DNA of 64,000 nucleotides. It comes from Antedon mediterranea. Lineage: Eukaryota > Animalia > Echinodermata. Every line of letters begins with the position of its first letter. The first letter of the stretch is position 1. The notes beneath the pieces are model-generated. The model made no database searches. It had not been told where the DNA came from and saw only the letters and a list, made by a program, of their open reading frames with translations. Position numbers and translations under genes: made by a program. The stretch is from NCBI RefSeq assembly GCF_964355755.1, contig NC_092674.1:7812001-7876000 (forward strand). The letters are read 5' to 3'. Shown here one piece after another: positions 53,401 through 64,000 of this stretch.

Positions 53401-56400
53401 ATTGGTCGGTTGTTTCCATATTACTGATTTAATACTGATGTTGTTGGTACGGTGTTAGCTGAATTCAATCTCAAATTATTACGTTATTACTATACTTACT
53501 AGTACATATGGTGATAGTTTGTCCAAGTGTACTTCTTGGCCCATCTACCCCAATACCACAAACCATCCTCGAAAATTGAGAATAGAATTGATATTGAGTA
53601 TTTGGGATGAGATTATCAATAACAATAAATAAATCATTATCAGATTCAGTTATTGGTATAAATGAATCCATTTGCGTTGATTTATACGAAAGCTTCCGTC
53701 TTGTAATTGTTCCTGTTCCATAGTCTTCGCCGGGAATCCAAGTGACGTCAAACGTTAGAGTAGTTGCTGTTTGGTTTACAGTTGGTGGTTCAGAACGGTA
53801 CGGCAATGCTAATTATGAACAAGAAACTTTTTAAGAAGAACACGTTATGTTTTTTTTTTCTTAAAATATAAATCAATAATAATTTCTTAGAATATACATG
53901 TTTGGTTAATACATTCGGGCATAGTTGTCTTACACAAACAAAAAACTTAATTTTTAGTAATACGTGATCCTTATGTAGCAAACTGTATTGATGTCATGAT
54001 GTATATGCAAGATACAACAAAAATTATTGTTCTGTTCAACACTTTCTATTCATTGAAGCAGATATTACAGTAAAAAATGCGTAGGCACATTCGTCTCTAC
54101 TTTGAGAAAAGGGCTTTATCTACAAAATGCTACTTAATTTACCAAAATGGGGTTTTTTTTCATTAAAAAGGTTCAAGTAGTATTCTATTTTCAAAAGAAT
54201 ATATTTGTTTAAGAGTACATTAAAAAAAATATTTTACATAGTTTTCAATTTTTATAATGAACTTCATATTTATAGACATATTTTGGGGTAAATTTTCAAT
54301 TTAAGTAATAGTTTATACCGTCAATATTCAAATAAGACAACAATTTTTTTTTTTAAGTTGTGCAGTAATATTCTTTATCTCTATTATACATTCCTGAATA
54401 ATATTCTATGACATATCTTAATGTGTGTCGTTACCTATGCTGCATTTTGGTCCAGCCCAAGCCTCATGACATCCATTAGTACAACTTCCATCTCGATTAC
54501 AATCCTCAGAGTCTTTGCAGTGACATGGGAAATTACACAAAACACCGAAGAATCCAGGTGAACATGACATAGGTTCTTTGGAAGCAATCATGTGTTTTTA
54601 ATTAGTCTATCAACTATATACGTGTCATCGCAAATTATAATTATTTTAAAAATAATATTGATAATAAATACTACTGCAAAAATATGATGAAAACATTGAT
54701 AATAGTATCTAATTAATCTATACCTAGACATTGGTCACCAGTGTAACCAGATGAACATTCTGATGCTGAATTACATCCTGTTACTCGATTACAGTTGCTA
54801 TTGGCACAGTTACATTTTTGCTGACAATCAGCTCCATAGTATCCATTTCCACAATCTTTGAAAAAAGGTGGCTCTGGTAATAACTATTCATAACATTGTA
54901 ATTAAGAACATCAATGACGAAAACAGTAACAACATATAGAAACAAAAATAAAGAAATAACACGTGGAGCATAAGTGCTGACAGTCCTATCACCATCATAT
55001 TTATATATTACGTGAACAAGAAATAGAGAGCGTCGAAACGTAATGCTCATCAGTTCCGTCCACACCGGTGAACTACATCAGTCGAGCAGCAAAGTGCTCA
55101 TTTAACCGTTAAAACGCTGTTTTTTAACTGCGCAGGTCACTGAGCATCGCCAAGTTATAGTGACTTCCGGTTCGCTTTTCACTTCGCGGCAAGCATTTTG
55201 CATGGAAATACCCTTACAAATCTACTGCAATTTCCACCATCCGGGTTAAATTATATCTTTCTATATTTGGAAATTGTTACTCCTAATATGGATGATTATT
55301 CCCGCCACAAAATTTTGGTATAAATAGCTTAGGAAATGACGACAGAGCTTATTGAAGAAAAAAGTGCAGATGGAGGTGTTCGTTGAGGTAGGCTACATGA
55401 TTTATTTGTTTGGTTTCGTAGGGAATCCGGCACTTTTCTCATCAGCGCGGAACCTTTATAAAAACTTAGTGGTTGGTTATTAGGTTATTAATCTATCTTT
55501 TCTGAAAGTTTAAGCTTGGTTCAGCTTGTGGGACGGATTCAATATCCGTTCAAAGCTGGGGATATATTCTAAGCAGACTCCATCTTGGATTCGTATGTTT
55601 AGTACAGGCCGTGTGGTTGAGTAATTTCAATCCTTCAAAATCACTATGTGCAATCCGTTTTTAAACCAGTTAATATACCAAAATATGTTATTAGTAGCTT
55701 TATTATTTTGGATTTGGTGCTAGTTTGGTAAATATTGCAATATAATTGTAGATTATTTGGTTGTAAAAAAATTTACCCAACTTACTTGTATTTATTATCT
55801 AGGCCTAGGCTAGGCCTAGCCCATTTGCCGGAAACCCAGTGCTATTTGTAGAGGGATAGAGAGGGCTGCAGGCTAGTTTTTAGTGGCATATCGCCGACTT
55901 ATTATAATCAATGTGAAGCCATATTATGGTTAAAATGTTGAATCTATATCCACTGAATTATGGATATATATCGTCGGATATTTAAAGAAAGTCCTAGGCC
56001 TAGACCTTTTAATTTATTTAATTAATTTAGGACTATATTACGGGAAATTCTTTGCCAAAGAAAAGAAAATATGTTGTGGCTGTTGGAGGTTTGTAATGAC
56101 AATAATGTAGCCTAGGCTAGGAAGGACTGTAGGTAGGATGAGGTAATTTGGATGGTCGTACATAGTATGATATTTATATATACAGTATAGTAGTAGTGAT
56201 CATGGCGACACAATTTAGGATGACTAAAGTTGACATTAAAATTATTTAACTATAAATAGCTCATTATTGGTGTTTTTTTCTTTCAGGTTTCTAAGAATAA
56301 ACTATCCGACTTGTGATTCATCTTGATGTACGTAACAGATGTCTTTAAAAATAAAAAATAAAATAAAAATGTTTATTATCGCGATGATTTAACTCAAATA

Positions 56401-59400
56401 TTGACATATATAACTTGATATTTTAGCCTGAGCAAGATAGTTTGATAGGCATATTTTACTTCGATGTAAACAAGATATTACATGTTATACTGTATGTAAA
56501 ATACTTTTGTGTAAATAAAATTATTTAATGGTGGTTAATTTATTAACTTGTTAATTTGTTTGTTAGTTATATGATGTTATACTACTTACTGTATTAATTA
56601 TTTAGTTAGTAACCAAAGTGAAGTGGATTCGTGTCAGTTGCAACTTGACTGTAATATGCATATATATAATAATATAAATCGTGGTGAATTTAACGCAGAC
56701 CATGAAAGCGAAAGTGCTCGATACAAAATGTAGAGCCGAATATAAATAAATGAAAGACGCTAGTAAATTACCAACTGAACATTTTATTGCACTACAGGCT
56801 CTTTCATGAGTATGAACTCAATCTTCAGGTGCTTGGCTCTGATTCAGAGCCAAGCACCTGAAGATTGAGTTCATACTCATGAAACAGCCTGTAGTGCAAT
56901 AAAATGTTCAGTTGGTAATTTACTAGCGTCTTTCATTTATTTATATATATAATAATATGTACTTCTTGGATAAAGTTAAAGGAAAATAAGCAATAATAAA
57001 AATTAAATATTTATTTTGCCATAAAGAAAGCAAAAACTAAACATACAGTACTATATGTACAGTAATACCATGGACCTATAGGTCCATGGTAATACATACT
57101 GTAGTATTGAGCACCAGTAGCAGAGACGTCTGGACAATCGAATATAATCGTTATCAGCTGTCTGGGTACCCAAGGCTAGTGCTAGAAAATGGCGAAAATT
57201 CGTGTATTCATTCGCCGTCAGCGAAATGAATCCGGCACTTTTCTCATCAGAAGCAAATCAACAAATCCTTTTATCAGTTTGTTTTGATATATAATCTGGA
57301 TAATATATATTAAAATGGCCTTGGTTCAAGCATGTTTAACGGGTAAAATCAGATTTTTTCCTACCTAGGCCCCTTAGCACTGCGGTACCCTACGCCGTGT
57401 GGGGGAACCGATCTCGGCAGTATTTCTTAAGTAGCCTATCTTTCGTAAACTCCTTAGTTGAATTTTATTAATATAAATTTAATTGTATGAATATGCTATT
57501 TAAATGTTATTGAACATTTTTTTGCTGCATTTTGTAATTCCGCACTACTTGCTTTATCGCGATTCCAAGATGGCAGCAATTCAAATTTTGATTTGGTAAT
57601 AATTCGTGAGGTCAACCACTTTGCTGCCCGACTGTACATACGGCACCGTCGATCTGAATGAATGTTGGCGCTAATTTGCGCTTTGTGGCTGCACTCTGCC
57701 AAATGAACGTTATCATGAGAAATGAACGTTATCATGAGTAATAAACGTTTTATTTCTTTATATATTAAGTGTATCATCGAACATCTAAATAATACATAAT
57801 ACAACTTATGAAGCAGATGGAAAGTATGGCTACGTATCATAAGTAAAATTGTTTTTGAATATTTTAAGACATTATAACGGATTTATTAATCATGTAAATG
57901 TTCTTCTGATTTCCATAGAAAAACATTATCAATAATAATTATTAACCTGAAGTACAGTCTTTTCCTCCAAAACCATTGATACATGTACAACCAACTGGAT
58001 CAGGTGGACATAAAAGAGATCCTCTGCAATTTCCACTAGAAGAACACACAACATTGCAGTCACGACCCCAATTGTTATTTCCACAACCTATCGCAAATAA
58101 ACACGTTACATAGAATCCATTTAATATCTATTTGTTTACACAGATTTTAGCAGTTTATAATTAGCCCTACCGTTTTTACAAGAATCGCCGTTGAATCCTG
58201 CTGGACAAATACAGACACCCGTCTTATCCTCACACACTCCGCCATTATAACATACCGGACAGTTCATTTCACAGTCTGGAGGATTCCATTTTGGTGAAGG
58301 ACAAGCTAATAGATTTTCATTAAAATATAAAATACATGTAGTTGTATTACTCGACAGGTTTATAAATTATAGAACAGAAAGTAACTTTATGTTCGGCAAA
58401 TCTGAGTAATGGTTTAAATTACAGAAATATAAACTAATATATAATTAAATGTTTTTCAATATCAGAACAAAAATAACAACCGTACTATTATCTGTACTTA
58501 TTTATTTTCTCGCAGGTCTATTTTTATCAACAGAAGAGGAATTCATTATTTGGATCCAGATGAAATTAATTCAAAATATAAACTTTTGGAAACAAAAAAA
58601 TTACAGTATTCGGCATGAAAACCTTTAAACAAATGTGTACAGTAATAACATGCAGTTGTATTACTCGACAGGTTTATAAATTATAGAACAGAAAGTAACT
58701 TTATGTTCGGCAAATCTGAGTAATGGTTTAAATTACAGAAATATAAACTAATATATAATTAAATGTTTTTCAATATCAGAACAAAAATAACAACCGTACT
58801 ATTATCTGTACTTATTTATTTTCTCGCAGGTCTATTTTTATCAACAGAAGAGGAATTCATTATTTGGATCCAGATGAAATTAATTCAAAATATAAACTTT
58901 TGGAAACAAAAAAATTACAGTATTCGGCATGAAAACCTTTAAACAAATGTGTACAGTAATTATAATATTTGTGGTGGTTTGACGTGTTACACTTTTTACA
59001 TAATATTTTGTATTATTCATTTGTAACACTTACTTCTAACAATAAGTCTCATGATACCATGGGTGCCATTCGGGCTATCACCTGTATAACATTCATATAC
59101 GCCATCATCTTTTCTTCGTATGTTTTCAATCACAGCAGACGTATTACCCCTCAGATTGTGTATTTCCTCACCGTAGTTATGTCTCCAACGTAAATCGGTA
59201 AGATCACCACCTTTACTAAGATTGATAGTAACAGACTCTCCAATACCGACCGTTATTGTTCTGTACTCCATTTTCACATTAGCTGTAAAATTATACCAAT
59301 AAGCTAAGTAGTGTAATAGACTGGCTGATGTGTTATAATACCTATTAAAAATATAACATTAAAATGATACCATGCCATTACTCACCAGAAGCGGATGTCA

Positions 59401-60429
59401 GAACAATTGCTGAGTTTGTGACTACATCATTTTTCTTAGCTTCGAATGAAAAGACACCAACCCTGTCTGCGGCCTGTAAGCCACTAACACCTAGATATGT
59501 AAAATCTGCGTGTAATCGGTATATAACTTTACTTTCGGTGGGAAATATTTTACCGTCTTGCATATCCTTTGTCGTCGGTCTAGAAGAGGGACCGTTAAAA
59601 TTTCCAGTATCATCCCAAGTCACGTTATCTTTCCCATCAATATGTTTGTATAATACTCCAACTGATAAATCTCTAATGTTTCTGTCGTCTTGAAGTGTGA
59701 ATCCACTAAACCAACCAATACTATTATCGTCAACTAGTGGCGATCTAGAATGAATTGTTATATCTAATGGATCTATAAAAAATAAGATTGTATTAATGTA
59801 TATATTTAAATCTCACGAGGCAGATACAGAATGTCCGCACATACATACATACATGGCAGTCAATTTACGGCAGTTAAATTAATTCTGTAGGTCTAAAAGT
59901 AGACCATTTGCCTCAAAAGGTTTTGCCGAAATAATAGAGTCAGACGGAAATGCAATACATACAATAATTTAGGTAATGACGTATTATTATATCACAGTTC
60001 TACTTAACCGATGCTAATAATAATAGGACTATTTACAACAGATAGTTCATTTATCACATTGACAATGTGACACCCACTCCGTCTGGTATAGAGCGTATTT
60101 CAATCAGGGTGGGTTATAAAATAATAACAGCTTTACCGTTTCAGTTTTTATAAGACAGAGCATGGTGCGAACCGTCCCACGAAATTATTGTTTTCATACA
60201 CAAACACTTCAACAAGAATAACATTTGTATTACAAAGACTATTTTAATGAATACAATTAATTAGAACCATGAGTAAATAGTGAACAAGATAATATCTATA
60301 TTCTATATTATATACAATTATAATAATATGCCTGTAAAATTATAAAACACTACCTGCGAATCCAAAATGGAACGTCAAAGATAAAGCTATAACCAGCCGA
60401 AACAAGATTGGTAAACGTTCAGTCAACAT
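50479..60429 (-). CDS. Gene D: Tie-like ectodomain receptor; ITAM tail exon interrupted by a HINE (new stop at 51391)
   Basis: Exons 60429-60354, 59772-59386, 59282-59034, 58305-58171, 58087-57947, 54855-54724, 54575-54435, 53808-53500, 53109-53042, 52652-52412, 52286-51984; TM 51778-51700; tail from 51511 (...DTDYQSLSK then insertion-derived QGQQ*). The remainder (KYEESEYQGIKP...VYANTQ...VYDNTFEK*) lies at about 50610-50479. Confidence 0.85.
50611..51407 (+). mobile_element. Long HINE/DINE-1-like element inserted in a T-run of the gene D last exon
   Basis: Starts TTAGTCGCGTGG, has two (GTCT/GTCG)n tracts and ends GGCCTTGTT. No clear TSD. Empty site ATTTTTTAGAC in gene C at about 36471-36481. 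Confidence 0.85.
56789..56832 (-). ncRNA. Mirror-copy hammerhead ribozyme with a stem III mismatch
   Basis: Reverse complement of 56854-56897, but GAAAG replaces GAAAC. Confidence 0.6.
56854..56897 (+). ncRNA. Minimal type I hammerhead ribozyme
   Basis: GCAC-CTGAAGA-T-TGAGT-TCAT-ACTCA-T-GAAA-CAGCCT-GTA-GTGC: stem I GCAC/GTGC, CUGANGA core, stem II, GAAA, palindromic stem III, GUA cleavage triplet. Confidence 0.8.
58334..58960 (+). repeat. Near-perfect two-copy tandem duplication (314-bp unit) in gene D intron 3
   Basis: ACATG.AGTTGTATTACTCGACAGG...AAATGTGTACAGTAAT starts at both 58334 and 58648. Confidence 0.9.
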
Positions 60430-60577
60430 CTCCACTAAAGTCCAATTGTATGTGGCTAATAAGTTTAAGTGGTACGCTCATTTACGTGTCTAAACTCAAT
60501 ATTCGGTTAGTAAGTTGTATTATATTTAACAATGTAAAGCAATGAAATTAACCGAAATTATTAGATTACTCAATCTA

Positions 60578-61254
60578 AAGCCTGTTTTCCTGTCGACGTT
60601 GAAATACGTTGAGTTGCGTTGAGTTTAAAATCGTTAAAGTTGAAAATAAAATAGCGATGACGATGATCGAGTCGGACCGCTAATATTTACACATTTTTAC
60701 GCGATCGTTCATAGTTTCTTGGTTCTCTCGAGCGTTGCTGGGACACGCGGACGTGAAGTGTTGCAAAACTAAGGCCGGCCACGCGCAGCCGGGACCGCGT
60801 AAAAATTGAAAAAGTTACGGGTTTTGATGCTTAAACCCAGCCTAGGACATACTTTCGTTGATATCTTAATCTAGGCTTACACTAAAGACAAACATTAAAT
60901 TTAATTGGTTTAATATTATAATTTAATTTAACTTACACTTGTTTTTTTTAAATATCAGACCTTAAAAGTGTACAAAAAAGGTGAAAAACATCGTCGCGTT
61001 GTAAACATTCAAGAATTGTCAGCGCGTACCTATTTTTTCACAAACTGCAATGACGTAATTTGTGGACCATTTGATTGGTCAGTTTTAACGATCGTAACGA
61101 TCGTAATCTTTAAAGTTGAACCGAGTTCAACTTTAACGATTTAAGATTTTAACGATTTTCAACGTTAATTTTTACCCCCTTTTCCTGTTAAATCGTTGAA
61201 TATGTCAACTCAACGCAACTCAACGTAACTTAACGTCGACAGGAAAACAGGCTT
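60578..61254. mobile_element. MITE in the gene D proximal promoter
   Basis: TIR AAGCCTGTTTTCCTGTCGACGTT / AACGTCGACAGGAAAACAGGCTT, flanked by TA; absent upstream of genes A, B and C. Confidence 0.85.
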
Positions 61255-61294
61255 TAACAACATACCATAATAATACAAAGTACTGTACTGTATT

Positions 61295-61341
61295 TCCTTG
61301 TTTATTTAAGTGTTGTTATCAACCAATGACTCCTTTATCTA
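61295..61341 (-). promoter_or_regulatory. Conserved upstream block of gene D
   Basis: TTCCTTGTTTATTTAAGTGTTG...TTTATCT, displaced from the ATG by the MITE. Confidence 0.45.
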
Positions 61342-62249
61342 GAAATCGTCTTATTTCTCCGTACGCTAAACCCGTCCTAAAAGTTCAATAGATATGTATA
61401 CAGCATAGCAAATGAAAAAGAAATATATGTGAAAAATGGGAAGAATTGAAGATGGTATGCTAAATGGACAAGGTGAGAATATGTATGATCATATGAAGAA
61501 AATAAAGGGCCTAAAGAGAAGGGATGGGGTAGATGATGATTACAATAATAATATAGTCCTACTGTTTTGCTTCTTTATTCATCAAAATGATTTCCAACTT
61601 TACATAACAATGTTTTATATACAGTATATGTTTTTGAATACCATAACCTTTTATTACTACGTACAATAATTATTATTCATATATATATATATATATAGGT
61701 CTTGGGGCGAGGAAGGGGTTTTCCGTCAAAAGAAAACTCAGAAAAGCGTATAAGGAAATAAATAAAAATTTTAAAATAAGTGGCGTGGATCGAACATTGG
61801 TGTTTATAAAGAGATTCGTTTTGTATTTTTGACAATTGTGACGATATGCCTCAATGAATTTTTATAATAACAATAGACTATCAAGGTTAGCTATTACTTA
61901 AGGACTTATTTATTATTAACAATAATTATAGAACGTAAACATGTAATACTTAGGTGGTATGGGTTTATGTTCACTAGTATTTCTAAATCCATTGATAATC
62001 ATTATAAATATTATATTTGTGCAGCTGATCTAATACTGCCAAAACTTATTGGATTACACATAATTATTTATTACATTTTCTCATTTTCATTCGTCTGAAC
62101 TAAATAAATATTCTAAAATTAATTATCTTTAGAAGGTTGAAGCTATGTTAATTTTTATTGATAATCACTAATTTCCTCATAATGTTTCATAATGTTTCAT
62201 AATGTTTCATAGGTAATTTATATTTCATTATACAGACTTATTCGTTGTT

Positions 62250-62346
62250 AAAACAAGGCCACATAGGTGGCTGCAGTCGCGTGCATAAGTTAGTGTTTAC
62301 CGACCGACAAACCGACCGGCATAGTGAGCTGTAGAGTCGCGTTGCG
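62250..62346 (-). mobile_element. Short HINE
   Basis: Reverse complement of the family at 41889-42007. Confidence 0.7.
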
Positions 62347-64000
62347 TTTATCATACAAAACATACACAAATGCCGATTTACATATTTTAGTCAAAAAGCG
62401 CTAACGATCGTTTACGAGAAATGTCCGAAATAAAGGTAGATTCCATTTGTATAAAAATAAAAAATGATATATGATAGAGGGCTCTCGCATCCGGACGGTA
62501 AATGAAGCGAGCGTGACGGTTATTTGGAGACAAACACGACGGCGGTCAATATATCCCTCCCCTTCCTTCCTCTCCTAGACATAGTCCGCAGAGCCTGTAC
62601 ACGTTGGTTTATGGGCGTGGTTGACAAGTTTTTTAGTTAGCAAAGTTCAAATGGATGGACTTTAAAACCTCAAAAGAGGCGTACAAGGGATGCTTATTTT
62701 GTTTAATGAATCTATAGGATCAAAGTGAAGTTACAATCTACAGATAAATTAAATATATAAACAAAATGCTGTAGTGGGTATTATAGGTTGGCACTCCTGT
62801 ATTAATTACTACAACTAAATTGAAAAACCTGCCACGTGCATTCGCTTCGACCATTTACTGTTCCGATGAGAACTGAACGGAGTATACTGTCTACAAATGC
62901 GCAGATTAATATTTTGTATACATCATCGAATCCATTCATATCTATACCGCCCCCTTTCGCTTACCGTCCTGAAGTGAAAGCTCACTAGTGTTGTTGTTGC
63001 TGCTTGCACTGTATAAAACATTGATTTTACCTGTCAACTTCTCATGTTGTTGTACTGTATACAACTTTTCTTCTACTTGTCAGCCTCATAACTTTTCATG
63101 TTATTGACTGTTACTTGAGCTGTTCGTCCCTTGATTTGCATAGTATGTGGACAAACCAGGTTGGGACGGTTCTTGAACTGATGATGAAATTGTATTTCTG
63201 AAATACTAACTGTATTTCATTTTTTTTTTTTTGCAGAAGAGTTTTTATTTGAAGAATTCATTCTATTTTTGACTGCAACTTTATTTCCAATTTCGGTATT
63301 CGTGTTCCCGCCCGTAATTTAAAAAACAACAATATCCTTTGTGTTCCCTTTTGCAGAGTCAATGTTCTTAAAAATGGTTACATCAGTAGATTAAGTTTAT
63401 CTTATAATAGTTTAGTCCAGGCCCATCCCCATATCGACATTTTTAATTCCAATCTTTATCTGTTACGTCGTAATTTAAGTGTTTCTGAGTTGTTGTAATT
63501 GTCTTTGTATCTGTTAAACCAAGCTGTAAGTGGTGGATTTGTTTCTGCTGTTGTTTCTGGTTTTAAAAATAAAATAAAATAAAAATAAAAGGAATACAAA
63601 ATTAAAATTGTTTTAGATAGGCATAGACCTCAATTTAAATTATATTAAAAGAGGAGTCAACCAGCGTATTGAAAAGCAACATTCTTTATCATTCCCGACA
63701 ACTAAAAGTTTATTATATACTGCACCCCCTTTCCTTCACTCCTGAACAAATAATTTTTCAAAAGTTATTTGAGCCATTTTATTACTGTATAATATAGGTA
63801 TTTACTTGGACCGAAAATTGGAAAAAAATTATTTGCTGATTTGAAGATCTGATGAAGAAAAAAACTAGTCAATGGTCTGAAAGTCAATGGGTTTTGGTTC
63901 ATTTAATTGTTTATTTAATTTTTTCATAAGCGAAATCATTATTATCATTTTTTTTAGCAAAAGTGAAAAAATATTAAATTAAAAATGGCCTATTAAAAGA

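Larger units (their letters stand above)
56676..56946. mobile_element. Penelope-like element remnant with inverted pseudo-LTRs
   Basis: Near-perfect palindrome 56740-56946 containing hammerhead motifs; flanked by the direct repeat ATATATATAATAATAT at about 56660-56675 and 56943-56958. Confidence 0.7.
55079..57634. mobile_element. Non-autonomous TIR DNA transposon with 5-bp TSD, superfamily unresolved
   Basis: TIR CAGTCGAGCAGCAAAGTG / CACTTTGCTGCCCGACTG; TSD TACAT at 55074-55078 and 57635-57639; empty site GAACTACATACGG in gene C at about 41254-41266. Confidence 0.85.

Noticed and set aside
55079-57634. RAG/Transib transposon because of the 5-bp TSD
   Set aside because: The termini are CAG rather than CAC heptamer-like, and no RAG1/RAG2-like coding sequence is seen.
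9479-60429. Assigning TIE1/TEK or a named PTPR symbol
   Set aside because: There is no kinase domain anywhere, and orthology cannot be established without phylogeny.
62483-62871. Old MITE with imperfect inverted ends
   Set aside because: The inverted repeats are too degenerate and no TSD could be defined.
63430-63560. Possible last exon of a fifth paralog
   Set aside because: Short open frames exist on the minus strand but show no similarity to the ITAM tail or the PTP C-terminus.

Overview
AT-rich, intron-rich animal genomic DNA; a marine invertebrate, plausibly an echinoderm, is inferred but not proven. The core of the window is a minus-strand tandem array of four paralogous receptor genes (A-D). 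All share a Tie1/Tie2-like ectodomain: signal peptide, Ig1, Ig2, four EGF/Cys-rich exons, 3 FN3 and a TM (gene A is seen only to its second EGF exon). None has a Tie kinase domain. Gene B (33712-17694) continues into an ITIM-like motif and a tandem D1/D2 protein tyrosine phosphatase. Gene C (46502-36343) ends in a short tail with a canonical ITAM and two YxN motifs. Gene D (60429 to about 50479) has the same tail, but its ITAM is split by a Helentron-type insertion. Gene A (13979 to <9479) runs into a nested pile of retroelements. The N-terminal Ig exon has three hypervariable loops while Ig2 is nearly invariant, and gene C is a B/D mosaic. Together this looks like a paired activating/inhibitory receptor cluster. 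Other content: a degenerate BEL/Pao LTR retrotransposon, LINE fragments, tRNA-SINEs, MITEs, a Helitron, HINEs, and a Penelope-like palindrome with hammerhead ribozymes. Exon models were read by eye from splice signals and paralog comparison, without transcript data.
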